64,000 nucleotides of DNA from Patescibacteria group bacterium. Lineage in GTDB: Bacteria > Patescibacteriota > WWE3 > UBA101185 > UBA10185. A program made the translations under genes and the position numbers. The DNA is taken from contig JBHPHX010000001.1 of assembly GCA_042571515.1 (NCBI GenBank), positions 9,508 through 73,507 of the forward strand, written 5' to 3'. The notes beneath the pieces are model-generated. The model made no database searches. It was given only the letters and a program-made list of their open reading frames with translations, and was not told the origin of the DNA. Positions 54,660 through 64,000 of this stretch are shown here, one piece after another. How positions within the stretch are numbered: position 1 is the stretch's first letter; each line of letters starts with the position of its first letter.

Positions 54660-57130
54660 ACCAGCCTCTTCCTAAACACCCACTTACTAATCTCAATAGT
54701 AAAAAACATAGCAATAGAAGCGGAGACAACCAGAGCCCAATACCAGCCAAGCGATGCTAGACCAAAAAAGTTTCTAATACCCACGGTTGCAAACGGGGTC
54801 ACCTGCAACACCGCCCCGCCTAAAACCGCAATAGCTAACCACTTATTCTCAAATAATTTTGCTTGCCAAAATGGTCGGGTAAGGGTCTTCACGGAAAAAA
54901 CATACACCAAAGAATTAACTCCCAAAGTTGCAAATGCAATTGACCTAGCCAAAGTAAGGTCCCCAGTGGACTCATGAATATAATAAAACAACCCAAAAGC
55001 AAAAATTCCACCTGCTATGGATACAATACCGATTAAAGATTTTATCCAACCTGTCACTATTGGCTCTTGCGTGGGTCTGGGTTTCCGTAACATGATGTCC
55101 TCAGCCTTGGGATCTGCTGTTAGTGCTAAGCTTGGAAACGCATCCGAAATTAGATTGATCCATAAAATTTGGGAGGCTGTAACCGGTAGAGGCAACTTCA
55201 TTAGCATACTAAAAATAATGGCTAAAATTTCCTCAAAAGCATCACTCATAAGATACAAAATCACCTTGCGGATATTATCAAATATTCCCCTGCCCTCCTC
55301 CACTGCCTCCACAATAGTAGTAAAACTAGAATCAAGCAGAACTAAGTCGGAAGACTCCTTAGCCACCTCTGTAGATTCATTAACTACCACACCAATATCT
55401 GCCTTGTGGAGAGCCGGGGCGTCATTTACACCATCCCCAACCATGGCTACCACTTCCCCATTATCTTTAAGGGCATTAATGACCTGAAGTTTCTGGTCTG
55501 GGTGAGTTCGGGCAAGAAGCCTTATTTCTCCATCACCCTTCTTAAACCATTGAGCCAATTCCTCCGAATTCATGTTCTTTATATTCTCGCCTTGTAAAAT
55601 GTACTCCTGTTTAATATCCAAACCCAGCTGTGTAGCTACATTCAAAGCCGTATTTACATAATCTCCGGTTATAATCACCAGTTTTATACCAGCCTTTTGG
55701 GTCTTAACTAAAGCCTCTTTGACATCTTGCCTAACAGGATCCGTAAACCCAAGCAAACCTACCCACTCCAAACCTTTTACGTCTTCTTTAGAAAATTTGC
55801 TCTGATCCGTAAACCTACGTGCGTATCCAATAACCCTCATCCCCCTGTTGCTCATTTTCTCTACCCTATCCAAAATTTCATTTCTTCTTTCCTCCGGAAG
55901 ATTGCTTCGTCTTACTAACTCCTCTGGGGCACCATTCACAAAGATTGCATTTACTTTGTCATCAAACTTATTAAGGGTGGTAAAAAACATATGCTCAGAG
56001 GAAAAGGGTATGCTATCTAATCTTTCAAATCTGCTTAAAACTCTCTTGACGTCTTCAAAAGCTCTGGCCCATTTATCAGCAGCAATTTCAATAGGATCAG
56101 AAAGGTCGTTGGCCACCGTTGCCTGAACCAACAAATTATCTTTATCCCCCACCACTTCTGTCACTTGCATCTCACCCAAAGTTAAGGTCCCCGTCTTATC
56201 TGTACAGATTGTGGTCACCCCACCCAATGTTTCAGCAGAAGTTAGGTTACGTACTAAACCCTTGCGTTTTAATATTCGTTGCATTCCAAGCGCTAAAACT
56301 ACAGTCATAGCCACAAGCAGGCCTTCTGGCACAGCCGATACTGCAAGTGCCACAGAGGTTGTGAACATATCCACTATATCTTTTCCTAATACCAAACCAA
56401 GTAGAAACACAAATATAGTAATAATTAGTATCAAAATCGAAAGATCCTTACTAAATTTAGCTAATTGTTTTGAAAGTGGGGTTTGTTCCACTGGTTCCTG
56501 CACACTCATTGCCAATTTTCCAATCTCTGTATCCTCCCCAGTGCTCAAAACTTCAACCAAAGCCTGTCCCCCAGAAACAACTGTTCCCATAAACACCTCG
56601 TCATTAATTTTCTTTCCCACCGGCACAGATTCACCTGTAAGCATAGCTTCGGAGGCAAAGAAGCGGTTGCATTCAATCACCTTGGCATCTGCTGGCATTT
56701 TATCCCCTTGCCTTAAAACAACCACATCCCCTGGAACCAAATTCTCCGTATTAATTTGCACCACTTTTGCGTCTCTTATAACAAGTGTGAAGGAGTGAAT
56801 CATTTTTTTGAGAGCTTCAAGTGAATCCCCTGCTTTCTTTTCTTGCATAAACCCCAAAAACGTATTTAAAGAGACAGCAAACAGGATAATAACTGCATCA
56901 GACAAGTGACGTAAGAGGATCGTTGTGGCTGCAGCTATAAGCAAAACGTAAACCAAGGGGCTTTTTAATTGTTGAACAATAAGTTGAAGACTTGAGGGAG
57001 GGGGTTTTTGTGGAAGTACGTTTGGGCCAAATCTTTCTAAGGCACTTTCCACCTCCGTTTGAGACAAGCCCTTGTGTTTTTTGGCATAAATATTAGTAAG
57101 GTGACTTAGCTTTTGGTCCTCTTGGGGCAT
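54656..57130 (-). CDS. Type II cation-transporting P-type ATPase
   Basis: TGES, PEGL, DKTGTLT, GDGVNDAP. Confidence 0.95.
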   Translation of the reverse strand: MPQEDQKLSHLTNIYAKKHKGLSQTEVESALERFGPNVLPQKPPPSSLQLIVQQLKSPLVYVLLIAAATTILLRHLSDAVIILFAVSLNTFLGFMQEKKAGDSLEALKKMIHSFTLVIRDAKVVQINTENLVPGDVVVLRQGDKMPADAKVIECNRFFASEAMLTGESVPVGKKINDEVFMGTVVSGGQALVEVLSTGEDTEIGKLAMSVQEPVEQTPLSKQLAKFSKDLSILILIITIFVFLLGLVLGKDIVDMFTTSVALAVSAVPEGLLVAMTVVLALGMQRILKRKGLVRNLTSAETLGGVTTICTDKTGTLTLGEMQVTEVVGDKDNLLVQATVANDLSDPIEIAADKWARAFEDVKRVLSRFERLDSIPFSSEHMFFTTLNKFDDKVNAIFVNGAPEELVRRSNLPEERRNEILDRVEKMSNRGMRVIGYARRFTDQSKFSKEDVKGLEWVGLLGFTDPVRQDVKEALVKTQKAGIKLVIITGDYVNTALNVATQLGLDIKQEYILQGENIKNMNSEELAQWFKKGDGEIRLLARTHPDQKLQVINALKDNGEVVAMVGDGVNDAPALHKADIGVVVNESTEVAKESSDLVLLDSSFTTIVEAVEEGRGIFDNIRKVILYLMSDAFEEILAIIFSMLMKLPLPVTASQILWINLISDAFPSLALTADPKAEDIMLRKPRPTQEPIVTGWIKSLIGIVSIAGGIFAFGLFYYIHESTGDLTLARSIAFATLGVNSLVYVFSVKTLTRPFWQAKLFENKWLAIAVLGGAVLQVTPFATVGIRNFFGLASLGWYWALVVSASIAMFFTIEISKWVFRKRLV

Positions 57131-57143
57131 TAGAATAAGTATA

Positions 57144-58457
57144 TCATTCTAGTATTTCAATATTAGCCCCTAGTTTTTTGTAAACTTCAAAGATATCTGG
57201 GTACCTACGCTTTAATATATCTACTCCGTGTAACGTAGTTTCAACCTTATCTGCCAGAGCAGCCAAAAATAAGGCTTTACAGGCTTGAATAACGCTTGGC
57301 GATATCACTTCACCACCCTTAAACTCAATTGGTCCGGTTACAATTACTCTTTGGGGGTCACATGTAAAAATCTGGGCACCAAGCCCGTTTAGTTCCCTAG
57401 TGAAATCCAAACCATTTTCATACATCCAGTTTTGGATCTGCATCCTACCTTTTGTTTTACAGGCCAAAGTAACCATTACCGGTAGGACATCTGCTGGAAA
57501 TCCGGGCCAGGGCCTGGGATAAAGTTTAGGCAAGTCGCCGCTAGCCATAGGAAACCCTGAGTTAACGGTATCTATAAAAAGATCTCCTGAACCGTCCACT
57601 ACTAAATCTTTACCGTCCTCAACAATAGATAGGTTGAATTTGGAAAACCAAGTCGTTAATCCCTTCGTAATTTCAAAAATATTGGCATTCTTTATCCTAA
57701 TTTGTCCTTTTGTTACAGCGGCCGCAACCATATATCCGGCAATGTCCACTTGATCTGGCCCAGGAATATACTTCCCTCCTCCTAGATGCTTCTTACCCTC
57801 TATTTCTAATTTGCTCGAACCAATGCCAGATATTTTTGCTCCCATATTTTTTAACAACTTAAGTAATTCAGAAACATGGGGCTCACATGCGCAACCCTGA
57901 ATTGTAAATTTTGAACTTACACCAGCCAAGTACATGCACAAATTTTCAGTGGCAGTGACACTGGCCTCAATCATCCAAATTTTGGAATTGCTGGGGGTGT
58001 TCTTAGGAGCTTCGAATAAGACTGAGTTTTTCCTAAACGTTATTTTTACTCCAACCTGTTTAAAGGCATCTGTGTGAGCAGCCAAGGAACGTTGGCCCAA
58101 AACACAACCTCCTGGTAAGGGTATCTCTGCTTTTCCTAACCTCGCTAGAAGCGGACCCACAAATAACGCTGAGGCTCTAATACTCCCTCCTATTTTTCTA
58201 TCTATCTTGTGTGTTTTTATATTTTTGCAAGTAACACATATCTTTTTGTAATCATCGCAGCTTACCTCGGCGCCAAGTTTTTCTAATATCTCAAGCATCT
58301 TTGCTACATCGCTAGTCTTAGGGACATTTCTGTACTCAATTGTCTTGTTCGTAAGAAGGCTGGAGGGTAAAGCAGCAAGGATTGAGTTTTTGTTTGGTAT
58401 GGGGGTAGCTGTTCCTTTTAGTGGAATTCCACCAGTGATTTTTACTGTTCCTTTCAT
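57144..58457 (-). CDS. murA: UDP-N-acetylglucosamine 1-carboxyvinyltransferase
   Basis: KNS, RAS, PGGC, SVTATEN, PWPGFPAD. Confidence 0.93.
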   Translation of the reverse strand: MKGTVKITGGIPLKGTATPIPNKNSILAALPSSLLTNKTIEYRNVPKTSDVAKMLEILEKLGAEVSCDDYKKICVTCKNIKTHKIDRKIGGSIRASALFVGPLLARLGKAEIPLPGGCVLGQRSLAAHTDAFKQVGVKITFRKNSVLFEAPKNTPSNSKIWMIEASVTATENLCMYLAGVSSKFTIQGCACEPHVSELLKLLKNMGAKISGIGSSKLEIEGKKHLGGGKYIPGPDQVDIAGYMVAAAVTKGQIRIKNANIFEITKGLTTWFSKFNLSIVEDGKDLVVDGSGDLFIDTVNSGFPMASGDLPKLYPRPWPGFPADVLPVMVTLACKTKGRMQIQNWMYENGLDFTRELNGLGAQIFTCDPQRVIVTGPIEFKGGEVISPSVIQACKALFLAALADKVETTLHGVDILKRRYPDIFEVYKKLGANIEILE

Positions 58458-58507
58458 AACATTTAAAACGAGATTCTCCTAGTTTAACACAGTGTTATAA
58501 TATTTTT

Positions 58508-59497
58508 GTGAATAAGAAAAATAATACTTTTGAAGAAATTTGGGATGCAATTCTCAAGGCTAAAACTATTGTAATTGGAATGCATAAAAGACCCGATTTG
58601 GATACTGCCGCTTCTGCCCTTGCGCTGGCCAAAGTATTAAAAACAAAAGGCAAGGATGTAACAGTTCTCTCGATTGATAATTTGGGACCTATTTCAGGGT
58701 TGTTTGATACTACCCAAATTATAATAGTAGACCCGGCACAATTTAACTTTTCTGGTGCGGATTTATATATTGCTCCAGATGTCAGCGAGGAATACAGGGT
58801 TTCCAACGACACTTCTTTTTCTGCCCCGGTTAAAAAAATTAGAATAGACCACCATCCGGATAGTACTCTTTGGGGGGATCTAAACTATGTTGACCCCTCC
58901 AGTTCCTCTGTTGCGGGTATTGTTTTTGATATGTTTAGTAAGGTAGGGGTACCAATAGATTCGGAACTTGCTACCCTACTCTTAGCTGGAATGCTTGGTG
59001 ATACTGGCTTCTTTCAAAACTCAAATACTAAAGTATCTGACTTAGAAACTGCAGTAAAACTTATGAAAAGTGGTGCAAATTTGCCTAAGTTGGTTTGGGA
59101 CATAAAATTCCATGATGGTTTAGAGTTGTTTAAGCTTCAGGAAGTGGTTTTCAAAAATCTCAAAGTGGATCAAGATAGAAAGTATGGGTACTCACATGTG
59201 TCACTAGCAGAGAAGAAAGAGTTTGGTATGGAGCCAGATTATCAACATCACACATTGGCAGATTATATTAAAACTTTGGATGGTGTAGATTTTGTTTTTA
59301 CAACGATAGAACTACCTACCGGAAAATTCAAGGTTAGTTTTAGGGCACGTACTTTGGGTTTTGATACAACTGTTTTTGCAAATCCACTTGGTGGAGGGGG
59401 GCATCCTGCGGCTTCAGCGGTTGAGTTAGAAGCAAAAACGGTGGATGAAGCAATTAAACTTGTAAAAGATAAGATTGCAGAAGTGCTTAGATATTGA
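58508..59497 (+). CDS. DHH/DHHA1 phosphoesterase (NrnA-like)
   Basis: HKRPDLD, IDHH, DTG, SFR, GGGGH. Confidence 0.92.
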   Translation: MNKKNNTFEEIWDAILKAKTIVIGMHKRPDLDTAASALALAKVLKTKGKDVTVLSIDNLGPISGLFDTTQIIIVDPAQFNFSGADLYIAPDVSEEYRVSNDTSFSAPVKKIRIDHHPDSTLWGDLNYVDPSSSSVAGIVFDMFSKVGVPIDSELATLLLAGMLGDTGFFQNSNTKVSDLETAVKLMKSGANLPKLVWDIKFHDGLELFKLQEVVFKNLKVDQDRKYGYSHVSLAEKKEFGMEPDYQHHTLADYIKTLDGVDFVFTTIELPTGKFKVSFRARTLGFDTTVFANPLGGGGHPAASAVELEAKTVDEAIKLVKDKIAEVLRY

Positions 59498-59612
59498 TAC
59501 AATCCGCTAAATGAAGAAAGGGTTTTAATGATCTCTTTACTTCATCCTCCTTACAAACCCAGGGTTGGTTATTTCATTAAATTAACCCTGGGTTCTATGC
59601 TACAATAGGCCC

Positions 59613-59892
59613 AACGCCACATTTGGTTCTATTAAACTTCCTTTCTTTCCAGAACCATCTGTTACTCGTTAGGGTCTTGGGGCCAGGCTGGGTTAGAAAA
59701 TGTTCTGCCGCGAATAATTTTAATATACTACCACTATTAAATAATTCGTTTGAAATAAATCCCTTCCGTTTCAAGACCCTTCATTCTTTTGGTCGTCCTT
59801 CGCAAGAGATATCCATTAGACAGGATATCTCCGCCTTGATCCCGAAGTTGTGAGGCCTAGTCCCCAACTCACAACCTCGGGTTCTTTTTTTT
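59613..59892 (+). ncRNA. Candidate structured ncRNA A
   Basis: TGcTACAAT promoter, four stems, terminator with T8. Confidence 0.55.
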
Positions 59893-59982
59893 CTCTGGAC
59901 TTGAAATTACAGCAAAAATCGTATATATTCCATGCAACACTAACCCATTTATTCTTTTAATCTTTTTCACGGAGGACTATAA

Positions 59983-60231
59983 ATGAAACCGCGTATTACG
60001 CACGTTGGAGGAATTGGGCACGTTGTCATCATTGGAAAGCCAAATAAGAATCTTCACGTACTTCTAGAAGACTCGGGGTGGGGACAAATTGACAACATAG
60101 CAGACATTAAAGAAACTGAAAGTGTGAAATCCTTTGACTCTAAACCGGACATCTCGGAGTTATCAACTCCCCATCTTCGTGATCGTGGAGGTACAAAAAA
60201 GCGAGTGCGGCGTTGTTCGCTTTTTAAATAA
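59983..60231 (+). CDS. 82-aa hypothetical protein
   Basis: SD GGAGG; downstream CCCCCAG/CTGGGGG-T terminator. Confidence 0.6.
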   Translation: MKPRITHVGGIGHVVIIGKPNKNLHVLLEDSGWGQIDNIADIKETESVKSFDSKPDISELSTPHLRDRGGTKKRVRRCSLFK

Positions 60232-60294
60232 CTGATTACCACCCCCCCCAGAAATTTAAACCTGGGGGTTTTTACTCTCTGTTTTTCAGAAACC

Positions 60295-60571
60295 AAAAAA
60301 GTTAGAACCCCGGTTTAACCCGAGGTTCTAAAGGCACCTAATCATAAACTGTTTCTTTCGAAACTTAATAAGATAAATCCACACCCGATGTGGCGTGACA
60401 CTGGTCGTTTAAACAACCCGTAAGGTTCTAAGTGGATACGTTAGGAGTATCCTAAAGTGTAAGTGGAGCTTTAACTCTACCAGCACTTTCGACCACACCA
60501 GGTAATTCGTCTACTTTGACGAGGTTACCTGCCCAAAATTGCGACAGGTCTGATGGACTAGGTCCATCCTT
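60295..60571 (-). ncRNA. Candidate structured ncRNA B
   Basis: TGaTAAAAT promoter, about 8 stems with a multibranch junction, terminator with U6. Confidence 0.65.
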
Positions 60572-60675
60572 AATACTATTTTATCATTTGGTATATTTAG
60601 GTCAAATCAAACATCAAAATTCACTAATTTACATCAGAAATATTTTAGACCTTAACAACAAAGAAAACCCAAATA

Positions 60676-61281
60676 CTACAATCCCAATAACTTCATCATA
60701 AAGTCAATTAAGGGGTTAATTACAATATTTGTGGATCTTGTAAAAATTAAAAGTAGCAGTATTATAGTGCCATACTTTTGCATCTCCATCCATTGAATAT
60801 GCAATTGTTGTGGCAACAACCCAGCCACGACCTTAAAACCATCTAGTGGGTGAACTGGGATCAAATTAAAAACTCCAAGCACAATGTTATAAAAAATAAG
60901 TAAATAGAAAAAAGAACCTAAAACTCCCATGGGATTTACAAATCGGAACGCTATTGTAAAGATTACAGCCAAAACCAGATTTGAAAATGGTCCTGCAAAA
61001 GCAATAAGCGCGGAGTCGCGTTTGGGGTTTTTGAGATTAATAGGATTAAAGGGCACTGGTCTTCCCCACCCAAAACCTGCTACCAAAAGCATAAATGACC
61101 CCAACGGATCTAAATGTGCCCTAGGGTCTAAAGTCACTCTCCCCATAAGTCTTGCAGTATCATCACCTAACTTATCTGCCATAATAGCGTGTGCAAATTC
61201 GTGTATAGAAAGGGAAATTACAAGCGCAATAGCAATAAGAAAGAATAATATTGGGTTTTGAAATAGCAGCTGTAAAAGCAT
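60676..61281 (-). CDS. M50 site-2 protease (no PDZ)
   Basis: HEFAH, AGP, FNLIPVHPLDG. Confidence 0.93.
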   Translation of the reverse strand: MLLQLLFQNPILFFLIAIALVISLSIHEFAHAIMADKLGDDTARLMGRVTLDPRAHLDPLGSFMLLVAGFGWGRPVPFNPINLKNPKRDSALIAFAGPFSNLVLAVIFTIAFRFVNPMGVLGSFFYLLIFYNIVLGVFNLIPVHPLDGFKVVAGLLPQQLHIQWMEMQKYGTIILLLLIFTRSTNIVINPLIDFMMKLLGL

Positions 61282-61326
61282 AGGAGAAGTATAACACGCA
61301 CTTCAAAATGTGTTAAAATCGCAAGG

Positions 61327-61509
61327 TGAAGAAGGTGTTAGATTTTATTAAAGGTGCATATGCTGAGTTTCAGAAAGTGACTTGGCCCACAAAAAAGGAG
61401 ACCAGGCGCTTGACGTTGTATGTTCTAGGTGTTAGTTTAGGCGTTGCGCTATTTGTTTGGGGAGCGGATTTGTTATTTAACAAACTGCTTTCCACCATAA
61501 TTTTATGAC
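61327..61509 (+). CDS. secE: Preprotein translocase SecE
   Basis: EFQKVTWPTKKE + TM; precedes nusG (ORF track gives 61326-61508). Confidence 0.92.
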
Positions 61510-62125
61510 CGATCAAATTGAAGAAACACAAGAAGATAATAAACCAACAGATATGACCGACATAAAAGACGGGGTCTATGTTATTAGTGAAAATACAACC
61601 GATTCCGCCAGATGGTATGTTGTTCATACCTACGCTGGGCACGAAAAAAAGGTTGCAATAACCCTCAAGCAAAGGGCTGAGTCCGCTGGCTTCACAGACA
61701 GAATTTTTAAAGTATTCATTCCAAATCAGAAAAAGATCATTATTAGTGAGGGCAAAAAGAGATCTGTAAATGAGAGGTTATTTCCCGGGTATGTCATAGT
61801 GCAAATGGATATGAGTGATGATGCTTGGTTGTTAGTACGTTCCACGCGGGGCGTCACTGGGTTTGTAGGTATGGGGTCTACGCCTACTGCACTCCCAGAC
61901 TCAGAGGTGAAAACTTTGATGAAGTTTGTCAAGATGGAAGCTCCAAAGTTTGAGGCTAAATTTTCAGTTGGAGATTCAGTAAAAATTATGGATGGGCCTT
62001 TCAAAGAATTCCTAGGTAAGGTAGACGAAGTTAATGAGGATCAGGGTAAGGTAAAGGTACTGGTTTCCGTGTTTGGCAGGGAAACTCCCGTAGAACTAGA
62101 CTTTGTTCAAATTAAAAGTATTTAA
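61505..62125 (+). CDS. nusG: Transcription factor NusG
   Basis: [27 protein letters not shown]. Confidence 0.98.
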   Translation: MTDQIEETQEDNKPTDMTDIKDGVYVISENTTDSARWYVVHTYAGHEKKVAITLKQRAESAGFTDRIFKVFIPNQKKIIISEGKKRSVNERLFPGYVIVQMDMSDDAWLLVRSTRGVTGFVGMGSTPTALPDSEVKTLMKFVKMEAPKFEAKFSVGDSVKIMDGPFKEFLGKVDEVNEDQGKVKVLVSVFGRETPVELDFVQIKSI

Positions 62126-62127
62126 AT

Positions 62128-62559
62128 ATGGCAAGAAAAGAGAGAAAGGTGAAAGCCTTAGTAAAATTAAATATTCAGGCAGGTAAAGCCACACCAGCAC
62201 CACCAGTTGGCCCCGCTCTGGGCCAGCATGGTGTCCCGCTTATGGACTTTTGCAAGGAGTTTAACGCAAAAACAGCGGATATGGGTGATGATCTAATCCC
62301 TGTTGTACTCACCGTCTACGAGGACCGTTCCTTTAAATTTATTACCAAGACTCCGGTAACTAGCGAGCTTATTAAAAAAGCCCTTAAAATTGATTCTGGG
62401 TCCTCCAACCCTAATACTGACAAAGTAGGAAAGTTGTCCCGAGCTCAGGCAGAGGAGATTGCAAAGATTAAAATGCCTGATTTGAACACCAAAAGCCTTG
62501 AACAAGCAGTAAAAGTAGTAGAAGGTACGGCTCACTCAATGGGAATAGAAGTGGAATAA
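62128..62559 (+). CDS. rplK: 50S ribosomal protein L11
   Basis: [25 protein letters not shown]. Confidence 0.98.
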   Translation: MARKERKVKALVKLNIQAGKATPAPPVGPALGQHGVPLMDFCKEFNAKTADMGDDLIPVVLTVYEDRSFKFITKTPVTSELIKKALKIDSGSSNPNTDKVGKLSRAQAEEIAKIKMPDLNTKSLEQAVKVVEGTAHSMGIEVE

Positions 62560-62561
62560 AC

Positions 62562-63179
62562 ATGACTATAGATAAGGCTATTTCTCAAGTTAAAAACAGA
62601 ACAAAAAGTAAATTTGATGCCACTGTTGAGGTACACATAAATTTAAACGTTGATTCAAAAAAGCAAGATCAAATGGTTAGATTTAGCACAGTTCTCCCTC
62701 ACGGAACTGGCAAATCAAAGGTTGTGGCTACCATGGCCTCTAAAGATATTCCAAATGCAGACATAAACCTTACCGAAGCAGACATAGGAAAAATTGAGAA
62801 GGGCACACTAAAACCTGGAAGGGACTTTGACGTCATAGTAACCGAACCTAAATTCATGTCAAAAATAGCCGGGGTGGCAAAGATTTTAGGACCGGCTGGC
62901 GTTATGCCCAATCCCAAAAACGGCACCGTAACAGAAGACGTTAAAAAAGCAGTGGAAAATTTCAAAAAAGGTCAGGTCGAAATTAGAACAGAGCAACTGG
63001 TTCCAATAATTCATACTATTATTGGCAAGGTCTCCTTCAAAGAGGAGGAGCTTGTGGAAAACTTCAACGGTTTAATAAAGGCACTGGAACAAAATAAGCC
63101 TCAAGGGGCCGGGCCCGACTTTATAAAAACGGTCTTTGTATGCTCAACAATGGGTAAATCTATTCAAGTAGATCTCTAA
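62562..63179 (+). CDS. rplA: 50S ribosomal protein L1 (N-terminally short)
   Basis: KFDATVE, LPHGTGK, LGP.G.MPNPK.GTV, STMG. Confidence 0.96.
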   Translation: MTIDKAISQVKNRTKSKFDATVEVHINLNVDSKKQDQMVRFSTVLPHGTGKSKVVATMASKDIPNADINLTEADIGKIEKGTLKPGRDFDVIVTEPKFMSKIAGVAKILGPAGVMPNPKNGTVTEDVKKAVENFKKGQVEIRTEQLVPIIHTIIGKVSFKEEELVENFNGLIKALEQNKPQGAGPDFIKTVFVCSTMGKSIQVDL

Positions 63180-63437
63180 TTAAAGCTCCAGATACACATC
63201 CACCTTATCAGATTTTATTGCCAAAACTCCTTTTTCTAGTTCATACTTTTTTTCTGATTGCCTATTCTTATCAACAATAACGTAATTTTTAATTAGGGTT
63301 ATAAAGTTAGCATGGTGTGGTAATACATCAAACTCCCCTACGTCATTTGTAGAAGTTACTGTATAGGCATGCCCTTTAAAAAAGGTCTCTTTTTTGCTAT
63401 GAATTGTGATTTCTAAGTAGTCTCTATTTTTTGGCAC
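63180..63437 (-). CDS. atpC: ATP synthase epsilon, N-terminal domain only
   Basis: GEFDVLPHHANFIT; follows atpD; probable GTG start. Confidence 0.85.
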   Translation of the reverse strand: MPKNRDYLEITIHSKKETFFKGHAYTVTSTNDVGEFDVLPHHANFITLIKNYVIVDKNRQSEKKYELEKGVLAIKSDKVDVYLEL

Positions 63438-64000
63438 TTGGTATATCCTGTGAACCTCCAATAAACAAGAACTTATCTGCTGAAGCCTTGTCATATTTTC
63501 CACTAAGTATATTTTTCACGCCTTCAAGGGTATCTTTTAATGGAACGTACACACCCTCTCTTCCGGTCTGCTCAGCAGCAACAAAAAAACTTTGTGTCAT
63601 AAAGTTTCTTATTTTAGCAGCCCTTTGGTAGGCTACCTTGTCATCTACTGAAAGTTCCGACTCTCCTACTAAAGAAACTATTCTGTCTAGAAGCTGTGCC
63701 TTTTTTAATATGCTCTGTGTATTTATCACAATCTGATAATGTTCTTCAGATACTGTCTTGGGATTCAGGGCACTTGACCCAGAGGCCAACAAATCTATAG
63801 CAGGAAAGATTCCTTTTTGATAAATATCTCTAGACATCACCACAGAGGAGTCTAAATAACCAAATACGCTTTGGACACCTTGGTCTAAAATATCATCGGC
63901 TGGCAAGTATACAGCCTCGATTGTAGTTATATTTGCTTTTTGAGTCGAAACCAGTCTTTCCTGCAAATTAGCAATTTCGGAATATAGTGTGGCTTGGTAC
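63424..64000 (-). CDS. atpD: ATP synthase beta subunit, C-terminal part
   Basis: LQER, AVYLPADD, GIFPAID, FFVAAEQTG. Confidence 0.95.
   Translation of the reverse strand, partial: YQATLYSEIANLQERLVSTQKANITTIEAVYLPADDILDQGVQSVFGYLDSSVVMSRDIYQKGIFPAIDLLASGSSALNPKTVSEEHYQIVINTQSILKKAQLLDRIVSLVGESELSVDDKVAYQRAAKIRNFMTQSFFVAAEQTGREGVYVPLKDTLEGVKNILSGKYDKASADKFLFIGGSQDIPSAKK

Noticed and set aside
54656-57130. Long + strand ORFs (156 and 195 aa) inside the P-type ATPase, and similar antisense ORFs elsewhere
   Set aside because: Antisense shadows of conserved genes
59623-59853. 76-aa ORF
   Set aside because: TTG start, no SD, no motif; pairing pattern favours an RNA
60540-60570. Hammerhead ribozyme
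   Set aside because: CTGATGG rather than CTGATGA, and no correctly placed GAAA core

Overview
AT-rich bacterial chromosome segment with a Patescibacteria/CPR-like gene set, most like WWE3/Microgenomates. This assignment is inferred from gene content and reduced protein forms, not from a database search. Genetic code 11 (TGA is used as stop). The backbone is housekeeping and mostly on the - strand: xer, ruvC, yebC, a VirD4-like ATPase, efp, dnaB, hisS, rpmE, prfA, rpsF-ssb-rpsR, ychF, cysS, dnaX-recR, pth, rpsB-tsf-frr, topA, mreBCD-pbp2, def-fmt, murA, secE-nusG-rplK-rplA, atpD-atpC. There are five canonical tRNAs, a REP-associated Y1 nuclease (RAYT) and many short palindromic repeats, two of which lie in frame inside prfA and dnaX. 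Many housekeeping units look leaderless, while small accessory ORFs carry strong Shine-Dalgarno (SD) sites and their own terminators. Best candidate for an undescribed system: 27722-27881, a ~70-nt tRNA/tmRNA-like gene with Ala identity (G3.U70) and a UAA anticodon-like loop, followed by a separately promoted ~53-nt RNA complementary to its D and anticodon arms. Other highlights: a unit with two aberrant CCA-anticodon tRNAs plus a 5-codon minigene (28903-29520), two convergent ~275-nt structured RNAs (59613-60571), a 40-aa Gly-Pro microprotein, and a dif-like site upstream of the Xer gene.
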